From contig DAOUBZ010000413.1 of assembly GCA_034432515.1 (NCBI GenBank), positions 1-36,473 on the forward strand: DNA of 36,473 nucleotides, in the 5' to 3' direction. Position numbers and translations under genes: made by a program. A model generated the notes under the pieces. The model saw only the letters and a program-made list of their open reading frames with translations, had not been told where the DNA came from and searched no databases. Shown one piece after another: positions 8,658-17,366 of this stretch. Origin of the DNA: Chloroflexaceae bacterium (lineage in GTDB: Bacteria; Chloroflexota; Chloroflexia; Chloroflexales; Chloroflexaceae). Within the stretch, counting starts at the first letter, position 1. Each line of letters opens with the position of its first letter.

Positions 8658-9656
8658 TCAGGTGCCGCTTTCGGCGACGCGCACGCGCCGCAGCAACGAG
8701 TGGGCCAGGCTGAAACGGTAGAAGGTGCCGGCCGGGTCGGCCAGCGTATCCATCACCGCGGCGATCGCGTGCTCCTGCTCGGCCTCATCCAGGTCGGGAC
8801 CGCCGGCGGCCACCACCGAGGCGATCGCCGAGAGCATACGCGCGCCCTGGTCCTGGCCATCGAGCGGGCCGTAGCAGCCCTCGCAGCGCATGCCCACCTG
8901 GGGGCAGAGAGCGCCACAGCCGCTGCGTGTGGCCGGGCCCATACAGACCAGACCCTGCTCAAGCAGGCAGATGCCCGGCTCCGGAACCAGTTCGTAGGGC
9001 CGGTAGAAACGGGTAATCTGCTTGACATTCTTGGCCAGCGGGCACTCCTCGCAGACCGCGACGGTGCCCGCGCCAATTACCTTGCCGCCCGGGGCCGGCA
9101 GCGGCACGCCGCTGATCACCGCCTGGATGACCGCAGCGATCTGGTGCGCCTCCGGCGGACAGCCAGGGATGATGTAGTCTACCGGGACGACCTGGTCGAG
9201 GGCGCGCACCGTCTCGTAGAGCACCGGGATGCGGATCTCACCTTCCGGGACCACACTCACCGGCTGGGGCAGCCGGTCACGGGTCTCATCGGCGGTTAGG
9301 CAGTCGGTATAGATCGTGCGCATGGTGGCGGCGTTGGTCGTCAGGTTGGCCAGCCCGGGGGCGCAGCCCTCGTAGGCGCACGAGCCGAATGCGACCAGGG
9401 TCTTCGATTTGCGGCGCAGCAGGTGCGCAAGCTCCTCGTTCTCCGAGTTGCGGATGGCGCCGTTGAACAGACACAGGTCGATGTAGCCGTCGGGGTAGCC
9501 TTCGACGTCGCTGTACTTGAAGTCGGCCACGCAGGGCCAGAAGACCACCTGAAAGGCGGCATCGACGTCCAGGATCTTCTCGCCGATATTGAGCAGCGAG
9601 ATCTCGCAGCCGCCGCACGAGGCGGCCCAATACATCGCGAAGGTAGGCTTCGCCAT
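8658..9656 (-). CDS. mvhG: [NiFe] hydrogenase small subunit, Mvh/group-3-like, cytoplasmic
   Basis: MAKPTFAMYWAASCGGCEISLLN has the proximal-cluster Cys motif at the N-terminus and no twin-arginine signal. Multiple further Cys clusters. GAGGAG 7 nt before the ATG at 9656 (the track start at 9671 has no SD). Confidence 0.85.
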   Translation of the reverse strand: MAKPTFAMYWAASCGGCEISLLNIGEKILDVDAAFQVVFWPCVADFKYSDVEGYPDGYIDLCLFNGAIRNSENEELAHLLRRKSKTLVAFGSCAYEGCAPGLANLTTNAATMRTIYTDCLTADETRDRLPQPVSVVPEGEIRIPVLYETVRALDQVVPVDYIIPGCPPEAHQIAAVIQAVISGVPLPAPGGKVIGAGTVAVCEECPLAKNVKQITRFYRPYELVPEPGICLLEQGLVCMGPATRSGCGALCPQVGMRCEGCYGPLDGQDQGARMLSAIASVVAAGGPDLDEAEQEHAIAAVMDTLADPAGTFYRFSLAHSLLRRVRVAESGT

Positions 9657-9685
9657 AGCGACTCTCCTCACTTCGGCGGGGAGAG

Positions 9686-9728
9686 GGTGTCGAGCTGTGG
9701 AGGTGTGGAGCTGTGGAGGTATGGAGCG
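9686..9728. repeat. 8-nt tandem array E2, reverse complement of E1
   Basis: GGTGTCGA GCTGTGGA GGTGTGGA GCTGTGGA GGTATGGA on the + strand. Its reverse complement matches an E1 stretch at about 32 of 35 positions. It lies in the 142-nt mvhD-mvhG spacer. Confidence 0.85.
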
Positions 9729-9798
9729 ACGGCGCTATCCGTCGGGGCGCCCGGATTCTCTCCACACTGCTACCGTTCTCCGCCTCCACCCGTCTCCC

Positions 9799-10269
9799 TC
9801 ATCCTCCAACCTCCGCCTCAGCCACGCGGTGCGTCACCGCTCGCTCGCCGAGGACCGTCTCGCGCCAGCGCAACGGCCCGAGGGCGCGCAGTTCTTCGGT
9901 CATACGATCCACAGCCTCGGCCAACTGCTTGCCCTCGGAGGCAGCGGCCCAGACCAGTTGCACACGGGCCTCTTCGATGCCGAACTGGCGCAGCAGCGCC
10001 TTGAGCAGGGTAAAGCGGCGCAGGGCCTTGATATTGCCCTCGACATAGTGGCACTCGCCGGGATGGCAACCGGCGATCAGCACGCCGTCGGCGCCCTCGC
10101 GCAGCGCCTTGAGCACGAACTCGGGCTCAACGCGGGCGGTACACATCACGCGGATGGGGCGCATAGTCGGCGCGTAGTGGATGCGCGCCGTGCCGGCGAG
10201 GTCGGCCGCCCGGTAGGAGCACCAGTTGCAGAGGAAGCCGACGATGATCGGTTGGAAATCGTTCTCCAC
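9799..10269 (-). CDS. mvhD: Methyl-viologen-reducing hydrogenase delta subunit (MvhD) family protein
   Basis: GFLCNWCSY and CHPGECHY motifs, about 150 aa, directly after hdrA. GTG start with GGAGG 6 nt upstream. Confidence 0.9.
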   Translation of the reverse strand: MENDFQPIIVGFLCNWCSYRAADLAGTARIHYAPTMRPIRVMCTARVEPEFVLKALREGADGVLIAGCHPGECHYVEGNIKALRRFTLLKALLRQFGIEEARVQLVWAAASEGKQLAEAVDRMTEELRALGPLRWRETVLGERAVTHRVAEAEVGG

Positions 10270-10281
10270 GGTGTACCTCCT

Positions 10282-12348
10282 CTACGCCGGCTCCAGCCAG
10301 AGCACGTCGGGCTGGCGCGCATCCCACAGAATGCCTTCGATCTGGGCCATCACCTGGTCGCGGGTGAAGTGTGCGCCGCTGATCGCCGCACTGGGGCAAG
10401 CGGCCACGCAGGCGCCGCAGCCCTGGCAGAGCGCGGTGAGCACCTCGGAGACCCGGCGATCCTCGTGGTAGACGATCGCGTGATAGGGGCAGAGGTTGTT
10501 GCAGATGCGGCACCCGGAGCAGGCGTCGGCGTCGATGCTGGCCCGCACCGGCTCCATCTTCATCGTACGCTGGCCGATCATGCCGGCCACCCGCGCCGCC
10601 GCTGCCGAGCCCTGGGCCACCGACTCGGGGATGGCCTTGGGACCCTGGCAGGCCCCGGCGATCAGGATGCCCTCGGTCATGGTCACCACCGGGTCGAGCT
10701 TGGCGTGCCGCTCGGTGAACCAGCCCTCAAAGTCGCAGCCGAGCCCGAAGAGGTTGGCCACCTGCCGCGCGTCCTTGCGTGCCTCCATGCCGGCCATGAG
10801 GATGACCATATCGACGGGGATGCGGCGCTGCTTGCCGATCAGCGTATCCTCGACCTGGATGATCAGCTGGCCCTCCTCGCCCGGGCCACGGGCGGCGTCG
10901 GTTACCTCGGCCACCCGCCCACGGATGAGGTGGGCGCCCTCGTTGAGCACGCGGTGGTAGAACTCCTCGTAGTGCTTGCCGGCCGCGCGGATATCGATAT
11001 AGAAGTTGAACACCTCGGCCTCGGGCACCCGCTCGTGCACCAGGTGGGCGAACTTGAGCGCGGCCATGCAGCAGGCCCGCGAGCAGTACTCGTGGTACTT
11101 CTTGTCGCGCGAACCGACACAGTGGATGATCCCGACCCGCTTGGGCGCGGTGACGCCATCGCGCAGCACGACGCGGCCCGCGGTGGGTCCGGCCGCATTG
11201 ACCATGCGCTCGAACTCCATGCTGGTGAACACATTGGCGAGGCGCCCGTAGCCGTACTGCGGGATCGTGCGGGCATCGAACTGCTCGTAGCCGGTGGCGA
11301 GGATGATGTTGCCGACCTCAAGATCGACGATCTCGTCCTTCTGGTTGAAATCGATCGCATCGGTCGGGCAGACGATCTCACAGGCCCGGCACTTGCCGCG
11401 CTGGAAGAAGGTGCAGTTGTCGGGATCGATCACCGGATACTTAGGAATGGCCTGCGGGAAGTTGCGGTAGACCGCCTTGCGGTAGCCGAGGCCCACCTCG
11501 AAGTTCTGGTCGATGATGCGTACTGGACACTTCTCAACACAGGTCCCGCAGCCGGTGCAGAGATCCTCGTTGATGAAGCGGGCCCGCTTGCGCACACGCA
11601 CACTGAAGTTGCCGACATAGCCGTGGACCGAAAGGACCTCGCTCCAGGTCATCAGGGTCACGTTGGGATGGTTCTCCACGTCCACCATCTTGGGCGTCAG
11701 GATGCAGGCAGCGCAGTCGAGCGTCGGGAAGGTCTTATCGAGCTTGGCCATATGGCCGCCGATCGACGAGTCGCGTTCGACGAGGTAGACGTGGTAGCCG
11801 GCGTTGGCCAGTTCGAGCGCCGCGGTGAGCCCGGCGATCCCGCCGCCGACCACCAGCGTATTGGGGTTGATATCGACATAGAGCGGATCGAGCGGGCGCT
11901 GGAGCGCCGCCCGCTCGATCGCACCCTTGACCTGGGCCTTGGCCTTCTGGGTAGCCGCCTCGCGATCATCGGTGGCCCACGAGCCAAGCTCGCGGATGTT
12001 GGCCATCTCGAAGAGGAAGGGATTCAGGCCGGCCCGCTGGCAGGTATTGCGGAAGGTCTTCTCGTGCATGTGGGGCGAGCAGGCCGCGACCACGACCCGG
12101 TTGAGGCCACGCTCCTTGATATCCTGCTCGATCAACTCCTGGCCGAGGCTGGAGCACATGAACTTATAGTCGCGGGCGACGGTGACATGGTCCTGCCCGC
12201 CGGCCCACTCGGCCACTTCATCAACCGCCACCGTATTGGCGATGTTGTGGCCACAGTGGCACACATACACGCCAACGCGCGGCTCCTGCTCGGCGCCCGG
12301 CGCCCCGTGGGGGCTGCCCCGGGTGCGATCGGCATGCTCGGGGCTCAT
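10282..12348 (-). CDS. hdrA: Heterodisulfide reductase subunit A-like flavo-iron-sulfur protein
   Basis: FAD Rossmann motif VVGGGIAGLTAALELANAGYHVYLVE. Four ferredoxin-type motifs: CTGCGTCVEKCP, CRACEIVCP, CSGCRICNNLCP and CQGCGACVAACP. The start lies 2 nt after the hdrB stop, and the hdrB C-terminal codons GAGGAGGAA provide the SD. Confidence 0.9.
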   Translation of the reverse strand: MSPEHADRTRGSPHGAPGAEQEPRVGVYVCHCGHNIANTVAVDEVAEWAGGQDHVTVARDYKFMCSSLGQELIEQDIKERGLNRVVVAACSPHMHEKTFRNTCQRAGLNPFLFEMANIRELGSWATDDREAATQKAKAQVKGAIERAALQRPLDPLYVDINPNTLVVGGGIAGLTAALELANAGYHVYLVERDSSIGGHMAKLDKTFPTLDCAACILTPKMVDVENHPNVTLMTWSEVLSVHGYVGNFSVRVRKRARFINEDLCTGCGTCVEKCPVRIIDQNFEVGLGYRKAVYRNFPQAIPKYPVIDPDNCTFFQRGKCRACEIVCPTDAIDFNQKDEIVDLEVGNIILATGYEQFDARTIPQYGYGRLANVFTSMEFERMVNAAGPTAGRVVLRDGVTAPKRVGIIHCVGSRDKKYHEYCSRACCMAALKFAHLVHERVPEAEVFNFYIDIRAAGKHYEEFYHRVLNEGAHLIRGRVAEVTDAARGPGEEGQLIIQVEDTLIGKQRRIPVDMVILMAGMEARKDARQVANLFGLGCDFEGWFTERHAKLDPVVTMTEGILIAGACQGPKAIPESVAQGSAAAARVAGMIGQRTMKMEPVRASIDADACSGCRICNNLCPYHAIVYHEDRRVSEVLTALCQGCGACVAACPSAAISGAHFTRDQVMAQIEGILWDARQPDVLWLEPA

Positions 12349-12350
12349 AG

Positions 12351-13340
12351 CTATTCCTCCTCCGGCATCTGGGGTAGTGGCAGACCCTGGTCGCTGCGGC
12401 GTGGCTTGCGCTTCGGGGCTGGAGCGGCCGGCTCAGCGGCGGCCCCGATCTTCGCCAGGGCGGGCCGCGCGTCGATGAACTCCTTGCCGATCCCGACCGC
12501 GGCGGGCGACAGGCCGAAGGCCAGACCCATCAACTGGGTGAAGAAGAGGATCGGGATGCGGTAGTTGGTGCCGAACTGCTCGTTGACGCTCTCCTGGAAC
12601 GCATCAAGGTTGAGCTGACACATCGGGCAGAGCGTGACGATCATATCGGCCTGGTAGTCGGCGGCGTTCTTCAGCAGGCGCCGGATCAACTCCAGGGCGA
12701 CATCGCGGCTGATCTGGGTCATGTGGCCGCCGCAGCAGTGGGTCTTGAGCGGAAAATCGACCACCTGGGCGCCCAGCACGCGCATCAGCTTGTCGAGCGA
12801 GGTGGGGTACTCCGGGTCATCGAAGCGCTCGCGGAAACCGGGGCGTACGATCAGGCAGCCGTAGTAGGGGGCGATGCGCATGCCACGCAGCGGGCTGTTG
12901 ACCCGGGCCGCGATCTGCTCATAGCCGACGTCATTGACGATCACATCGAGCAGGTGGCGGATGCGCAGGCTGCCGGCCTCATAGTGCAGCCCACCGGCGG
13001 CGAGCGCCGTGTTCACATCAGCGGCGAGGGCCGGCGAATCTTCCAGGTAACGGTCGACTTTGCTCAGGTTCAGGAAGCAGGCGCTGCAGGGTGCCACCAG
13101 CTGGGCCTGGTCGGCCCCATTGGCGCTGCGCGCCTGATCGGCGGCGAGCGCCAGGTTGCGGCCGGCAAGCGCATAGGCGCGCAGCCGGTTGACCGCGATA
13201 AACTCGGTTGCCCCGCAGCAATTCCAGTCATCCACTTCGGCGAACTCAACCCCCAACCGCTCAGCCACTGCCATGAGCGATGTGTGATACGCGCTGGCAT
13301 TGCGCTCCAGCGAGCATCCCGGATAATAGCCGTAGCGCAT
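12351..13340 (-). CDS. hdrB: Heterodisulfide reductase subunit B-like (two CCG domains)
   Basis: MRYGYYPGCSL..DDWNCCGA and LKTHCCGGH are CCG motifs. ATG at 13340 with GGAGG upstream. It has a Pro/Ala/Lys-rich C-terminal tail of about 40 aa. Confidence 0.85.
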   Translation of the reverse strand: MRYGYYPGCSLERNASAYHTSLMAVAERLGVEFAEVDDWNCCGATEFIAVNRLRAYALAGRNLALAADQARSANGADQAQLVAPCSACFLNLSKVDRYLEDSPALAADVNTALAAGGLHYEAGSLRIRHLLDVIVNDVGYEQIAARVNSPLRGMRIAPYYGCLIVRPGFRERFDDPEYPTSLDKLMRVLGAQVVDFPLKTHCCGGHMTQISRDVALELIRRLLKNAADYQADMIVTLCPMCQLNLDAFQESVNEQFGTNYRIPILFFTQLMGLAFGLSPAAVGIGKEFIDARPALAKIGAAAEPAAPAPKRKPRRSDQGLPLPQMPEEE

Positions 13341-13432
13341 AGGCCCTCCCCTTCTATGGGTCGCCGGCAATAGCTATCCAGCCCGTCCATCCCATTGGCT
13401 GGCGGTATCACTGCAGGACCAGATATGAAACA

Positions 13433-13452
13433 CCGTCCGCAACGGCGGACGG
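13433..13452 (-). terminator. Short hairpin immediately after the hdrC stop (possible intra-operon attenuator or processing site)
   Basis: ccgtccgc-aacg-gcggacgg, an 8-bp GC stem that starts 1 nt after the hdrC stop. It is followed on the minus strand by TGTTTCAT and lies in a 113-nt hdrC-hdrB spacer. Confidence 0.3.
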
Positions 13453-13453
13453 C

Positions 13454-14041
13454 TCAGGCAGATTTGGCGTTATCGATCTCGCGGGCCCGCTCAAGAATCG
13501 CCTTGAGCTGGTCAAGCTGACGGATCGGGCGGGGGCTCAGGTCAAGCCGGCGCCGTTTCAGCAGACCCATCCCGATCGGCGCGACCTTGAGCGCATCAAG
13601 GGGGCGGTGGCGCAGGTAGTAGCGGGTGATCAGCCCGAGCTCGAAGCTGCGGCCATAGTTCTCGACATGGTCAATGAAGGTCTGAGAGAAGCCCGGCGCC
13701 CGTGCCGCACTGGACTGGCTGGCATAGCCGGCCTTGATCGCCAGGCGCTTGAGGGTGTACATCACATCGGTGATGTGAATATCCTGCGGGCAGCGCTCCA
13801 TGCACGAGTAGCAGGAGACGCAGTACCAGGGCGTATTGCTGCGCAGCACCGGCTCGCGCATGCCGGCGGCGATCATGGCGAAGAGCGTCCGCGGCGTATG
13901 GTCCATGTCGGGGCCAGAGGGACAGGAGCCACCGCAGGTGCCACACTGCAGACACGCCTCGAGGTGGGGGTCGGTCGGGGTATCCGCGACCACTTCGCGG
14001 AAGAACGCGCTGGTACGGGACAGCGTTGCAGACGTCGCCAT
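13454..14041 (-). CDS. hdrC: Heterodisulfide reductase subunit C-like (2x[4Fe-4S])
   Basis: CLQCGTCGGSCP and CVSCYSCMERCP motifs. ATG at 14041 (MATSATL) is preceded by AAGGAGGAGG. The track start at 14086 lacks an SD. Confidence 0.85.
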   Translation of the reverse strand: MATSATLSRTSAFFREVVADTPTDPHLEACLQCGTCGGSCPSGPDMDHTPRTLFAMIAAGMREPVLRSNTPWYCVSCYSCMERCPQDIHITDVMYTLKRLAIKAGYASQSSAARAPGFSQTFIDHVENYGRSFELGLITRYYLRHRPLDALKVAPIGMGLLKRRRLDLSPRPIRQLDQLKAILERAREIDNAKSA

Positions 14042-14159
14042 CGATGCCTCCTCCTTGAGTACGCGTGGGGTCGCCGATGCGTTCAAGGCAACCTGGTGTC
14101 ACGAGGCCAGCTGCGGCAGTGCAGCGCGACGATGTGAGTGTCCCGATCCGCTGGCGGTG

Positions 14160-14290
14160 AACCGCCGGCGGATTTTAACTATATGTCAATCGGGGGTGTA
14201 AATTGTAAGGACTATAACACGGCTGCTTGCAGTCCACAGGGGTAGCATTGATAACTTAAAGCGACGTTCTGTTAACTCAACTTCTGTTCG
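14160..14290. promoter_or_regulatory. AT-rich island in the divergent hdrC / SDR intergenic region (probable promoter/operator zone)
   Basis: Local AT-rich stretch in a high-GC background (ttttaactatatgtcaat, taaattgtaaggactataac, attgataacttaaag, ttctgttaactcaacttctgtt). On the minus strand TTAACA-16-TATCAA is a possible hdr promoter. No element is assigned confidently. Confidence 0.3.
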
Positions 14291-14321
14291 GTGGTGCTGG
14301 CGGTGCAGCCGCCAACACCAC
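14291..14321 (+). repeat. Degenerate family-A hairpin copy (A5)
   Basis: gtggtgctggcgg-tgcag-ccgccaacaccac (1 mismatch) shares the TGGCGG...CCGCCA core with A1-A4. The downstream GGGGCTTGCC module is only weakly recognisable. Confidence 0.5.
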
Positions 14322-14429
14322 AAGCACCTCATGGGCAGTGCAACCAGACGCACCACGCCGTGCAATGTGCTACCATGCGTGCTGGCAGGTTGGGCCAGCG
14401 AAGCTGGAATCTTCAGGAGGTTTTCCTCA

Positions 14430-15296
14430 ATGAACGGGCGCGTTGTACTGCTGACCGGCGCCACCAGCGGGATCGGGCGCGAGACCGCACGCGGCCTGGC
14501 CCGCACCGGGGCCACCCTGGTGCTCGCCTGTCGCAACCTCACGAAGGCGCAGGCCCTCTGCGCAGAGCTCCAGCAGGCGAGCGGCAACCCGCGGATCAGC
14601 GTCATGGCCCTCGACCTTGCCTCGCTGCGCGCGGTCCGCCAGTTTGTCGACGAGTTCCTGACCAGCCACCCACAGCTGCACGTGCTGATCAACAACGCGG
14701 GCACCTTCTGCCTGCAGCGCCAGGAGACCGAAGACGGCCTCGAACGCACCATGGCGACAAACTACTTTGGCCCCTTCCTGCTCACCGCGGGCCTGGTCCC
14801 GGTGCTCGTCCAGAGCCCCGGCGCGCGGATCGTCAACGTCAGCTCGGATGCCTACCGCTACGGCCGGCTCGACCTGAACGACCTCCAGCTGAAACGGCGC
14901 TACAGCGGCTTTCCGGCCTACGCCAGCTCCAAGCTCGCCATCCAGCTCTGGACCCAGGAACTGGCCGAGCGCCTGCGGGCAAGCGGCGTAACGGCGAACT
15001 CACTGCACCCCGGGCACGTCGCCACCAACATCTGGCAGCTCTGGCCGCAGCCGCGCTGGTACCAGGCGCTGCTGATCCGCCTGCTCAAGGTGCCCATGAT
15101 CAGCCCCGCCGCCGGCGCCGAGACCACGCTGTACCTGGCCACCGCGCCCAAACTGGCCGGGGTGACGGGCGCCTACTTCGTCAAGCGGCGCCCACGGGCC
15201 ATCGCGAAGCCGGCGCAGGACCTGGCCTTGCAGCGCGAGCTATGGCAGGTCAGCGAACAGCTTACCGGCGCACACTGGCCGGTTCCAGTGGCCTGA
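14430..15296 (+). CDS. Classical short-chain dehydrogenase/reductase (retinol-dehydrogenase/WWOX-like)
   Basis: TGATSGIGRE (TGxxxGxG), NNAG and the catalytic YASSK motif. ATG at 14430 (MNGRVVLLTG), with CAGGAGG 9 nt upstream. Confidence 0.85.
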   Translation: MNGRVVLLTGATSGIGRETARGLARTGATLVLACRNLTKAQALCAELQQASGNPRISVMALDLASLRAVRQFVDEFLTSHPQLHVLINNAGTFCLQRQETEDGLERTMATNYFGPFLLTAGLVPVLVQSPGARIVNVSSDAYRYGRLDLNDLQLKRRYSGFPAYASSKLAIQLWTQELAERLRASGVTANSLHPGHVATNIWQLWPQPRWYQALLIRLLKVPMISPAAGAETTLYLATAPKLAGVTGAYFVKRRPRAIAKPAQDLALQRELWQVSEQLTGAHWPVPVA

Positions 15297-15308
15297 ACGC
15301 ACACCGGG

Positions 15309-17087
15309 TTACGACGCCGTGGTTGCCGCGGGCTGCGCGCCGCTGCTCTGCGCCTCCCGCGCCAGACGCTCGCGCGCCATCTGGAGCACCGCGCAGCTCC
15401 CCCCATGCAGGTCGCAACGGGGGCAACCGGCAACCATGCGCTGCTCGTGCAGGTCGACAATCGCATTGGCCGAGCTCCAGTAAATGTGCTTCGCGCCCAC
15501 CAGGTCGAGCAGCTCCGTGCGCTGGAACATCTCCATTACCGCCGGCTGAAGCGCCGTAAACAGCACCTCGCCGCCACGGGCATGATGCTCCTCGACGATC
15601 TGCCGCAGGGCCTGGGCCCCCATCGCGTCGATGAGCGGCACCCCACGCATGCTGATCACCAGGCTGTGGTAGTCACTCGCTGTCTCAAAGGCCTCAAGCA
15701 CGGTCGTGACGCTGCCGAAGAAAACCGGCCCGGTCAGGTAGTAGACGTGGATGCTCGGGCAGGTGGCGGTGATCGGCATGCCCTGAGCCTGGAGTTGCTG
15801 CAGGTTGATCGGCGCCGTGGTCACCATTGTGCTGGTCGCCGACTGGCGCAGATAGATCACTGCAGAAATCGCGATTCCGATCAGGATGGCCTGGGTCAGA
15901 TCGAGGGCCGCCGTGGCGAGCATGGTGATCGCGAAGCCGGCTATGGCATGCTTCAGCCGCGCATTGACGAAGAAGTGGATGCTCTCCCACTCGTTCATGC
16001 GCCAGGCGGTCACGAGCAGCACGCCACCCAGCGCCGCCAGCGGCACATAGCGGATAGCCGGGGCCAGCACCAGGGCGCTGAGCAAGAGCAGCGCCGAATG
16101 GGCCAGGCTGGTCACCCGAGTGGCGGCCCCGCTCTTGATTGCCACGCTGGTGCGGGCGATGGCGGCGGTGGCCGGCACGCCGCCAAAGAAGGGGATGATC
16201 AAGTTGCCGATACCCTGGCCGATCAACTCCTGGTTGCTGTCGAAGGGCTTGCCGCTCATCGTCGCGCCCACCGAGCCGCAGAGCAGGCTCTCGATCGCGC
16301 CCAGGGCGGCGATCGAGACCGCCGGGGCAAGCAGATCGCTCAGGTGCTCCCAGGGAATGCTCGCCCAGCTCAGCCGGTGCTCGAGCAGGATCGTTCGCGG
16401 GATGTCGCCGATGATCGGCACCTGCCAGCCCAGGAACAGGCTCAGCAGGGTGGCCAGGATGATGCCCACCAGCGAGCCGGGGATCGTCTTGGTAAAGCGC
16501 GGCAGCACGATCATGGTCGCCATCACCACCACGGCCAGCGTGAGCGTGTGCCAATCGGGCGCCACCGGATGCGTGACGTAGTGGATGAGCTTCTCGAGCG
16601 CGTTCTCGGCCTTCGGCGTGGTCACGCCGAGGACGTTGTCGAGCTGGCCGATGGCGATGATCAGCGCGATGCCACTGGTGAAGCCGGCGATCACCGGTGA
16701 GGGGATGAAAGCGATATAGCGCCCCAGGCGGAAGAGCCCGAGCAGGATCAGCATCACCCCGGCGAGCAGCGTGGCGATCCAGACCCCTTCGAGCCCGTAG
16801 CGCCCGGCAAGCCCGATCAGCACCGCCGACATGGCCCCGGTGGGCCCGCTGATCTGGTAGGCCGCGCCACCCAGCCCACCAATCAGGATGCCGGCCAGAA
16901 TGGCAGTGACTAGCCCGGCCGGCGCGTCGGCGCCCGAGGCGACCCCAAAGGCCAGGGCCAGCGGCAGGCTGACCGCGCCGACGGTGATGCCGGCCAGCAG
17001 GTCGCGCTGGAAACGGGCCCCGGAGTAGCCGGCAAACTCACGGCGCAGCAGAGCGAACAGTGGCAGACGGGCGAGCAGTGATGCCAT
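15309..17087 (-). CDS. SulP-family anion transporter with C-terminal STAS domain
   Basis: N-terminus LLRREFAGYSGARFQRDLLAGITVGAVSLPLALAFGVASGA. Many TM segments. STAS-like region VYYLTGPVFFGS...MRGVPLIDAMGAQAL. Extra C-terminal tail with CPRCDLHGGSC. ATG at 17087. Confidence 0.85.
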   Translation of the reverse strand: MASLLARLPLFALLRREFAGYSGARFQRDLLAGITVGAVSLPLALAFGVASGADAPAGLVTAILAGILIGGLGGAAYQISGPTGAMSAVLIGLAGRYGLEGVWIATLLAGVMLILLGLFRLGRYIAFIPSPVIAGFTSGIALIIAIGQLDNVLGVTTPKAENALEKLIHYVTHPVAPDWHTLTLAVVVMATMIVLPRFTKTIPGSLVGIILATLLSLFLGWQVPIIGDIPRTILLEHRLSWASIPWEHLSDLLAPAVSIAALGAIESLLCGSVGATMSGKPFDSNQELIGQGIGNLIIPFFGGVPATAAIARTSVAIKSGAATRVTSLAHSALLLLSALVLAPAIRYVPLAALGGVLLVTAWRMNEWESIHFFVNARLKHAIAGFAITMLATAALDLTQAILIGIAISAVIYLRQSATSTMVTTAPINLQQLQAQGMPITATCPSIHVYYLTGPVFFGSVTTVLEAFETASDYHSLVISMRGVPLIDAMGAQALRQIVEEHHARGGEVLFTALQPAVMEMFQRTELLDLVGAKHIYWSSANAIVDLHEQRMVAGCPRCDLHGGSCAVLQMARERLAREAQSSGAQPAATTAS

Positions 17088-17166
17088 GGCGGGCAATTCC
17101 TTGTGTAATATGCAAATACCTTGATATTTGTATATTTGTGGAATAGAGCATAGCACGACGCCTGCC

Positions 17167-17330
17167 GGCTGTCAACCAGCGTTGAGCCACATCCCTGGGG
17201 CAAGTCCCCTGCCGGTGGCGGGGCAGCCGCCTCCGGCAGGGGTGTGTGGGGCGGCTAAGCTGGCCCACTGGTTGTTTATTGGTGGGTTGGGGCTTGCCCC
17301 AGACGTTGCACAAGCCCCGGGCTGTCAACC
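17167..17330 (+). repeat. Family-A element copy A3 flanked by an 11-bp direct repeat
   Basis: Hairpin cccctgccggtggcgg-ggcag-ccgcctccggcagggg (17206-17242, 1 mismatch), then ttggggcttgccccagacgttgcacaagcccc (17287-17318). An inverted ggggcaagtcccc lies at 17197. GGCTGTCAACC occurs at 17167-17177 and again at 17320-17330. Confidence 0.7.
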
Positions 17331-17337
17331 GCGACCC

Positions 17338-17366
17338 TTGACAGGAGCCGGGGTGCCTGATAGCAT
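17338..17366 (+). promoter_or_regulatory. Candidate sigma-70-type promoter for arsR-family gene, with downstream ATCACA direct repeats
   Basis: TTGACA, 17 nt, TAGCAT. This is followed by ATCACA-N12-ATCACA in an AT-rich stretch (possible operator), about 60 nt upstream of the ATG at 17428. Confidence 0.4.

Noticed and set aside
7156-12348. In-frame UGA (selenocysteine) in hdrA, mvhD or the hydrogenase subunits, as occurs in some Hdr/Vhu systems.
   Set aside because: All these ORFs are uninterrupted with Cys at the relevant motifs. There are no split ORFs or in-frame stops.
9589-12564. Very long antisense ORFs opposite real genes (for example 9589-12564 +, 991 aa; 24794-26836 +, 680 aa; 4130-5755 +, 541 aa; 6526-8115 +, 529 aa; 22746-23903 -, 385 aa; 15405-16700 +, 431 aa).
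   Set aside because: Their translations are Arg/Ala/Gly/Pro-rich low-complexity sequences with no motifs. Each lies opposite a gene with clear family signatures and an SD. These are the stop-poor shadow frames expected in high-GC DNA.
14186-14752. 188-aa minus-strand ORF spanning the hdrC/SDR intergenic region and the SDR 5' end.
   Set aside because: It is antisense to a well-supported SDR gene, Arg/Ser-rich, without an SD, and it crosses AT-rich promoter DNA.
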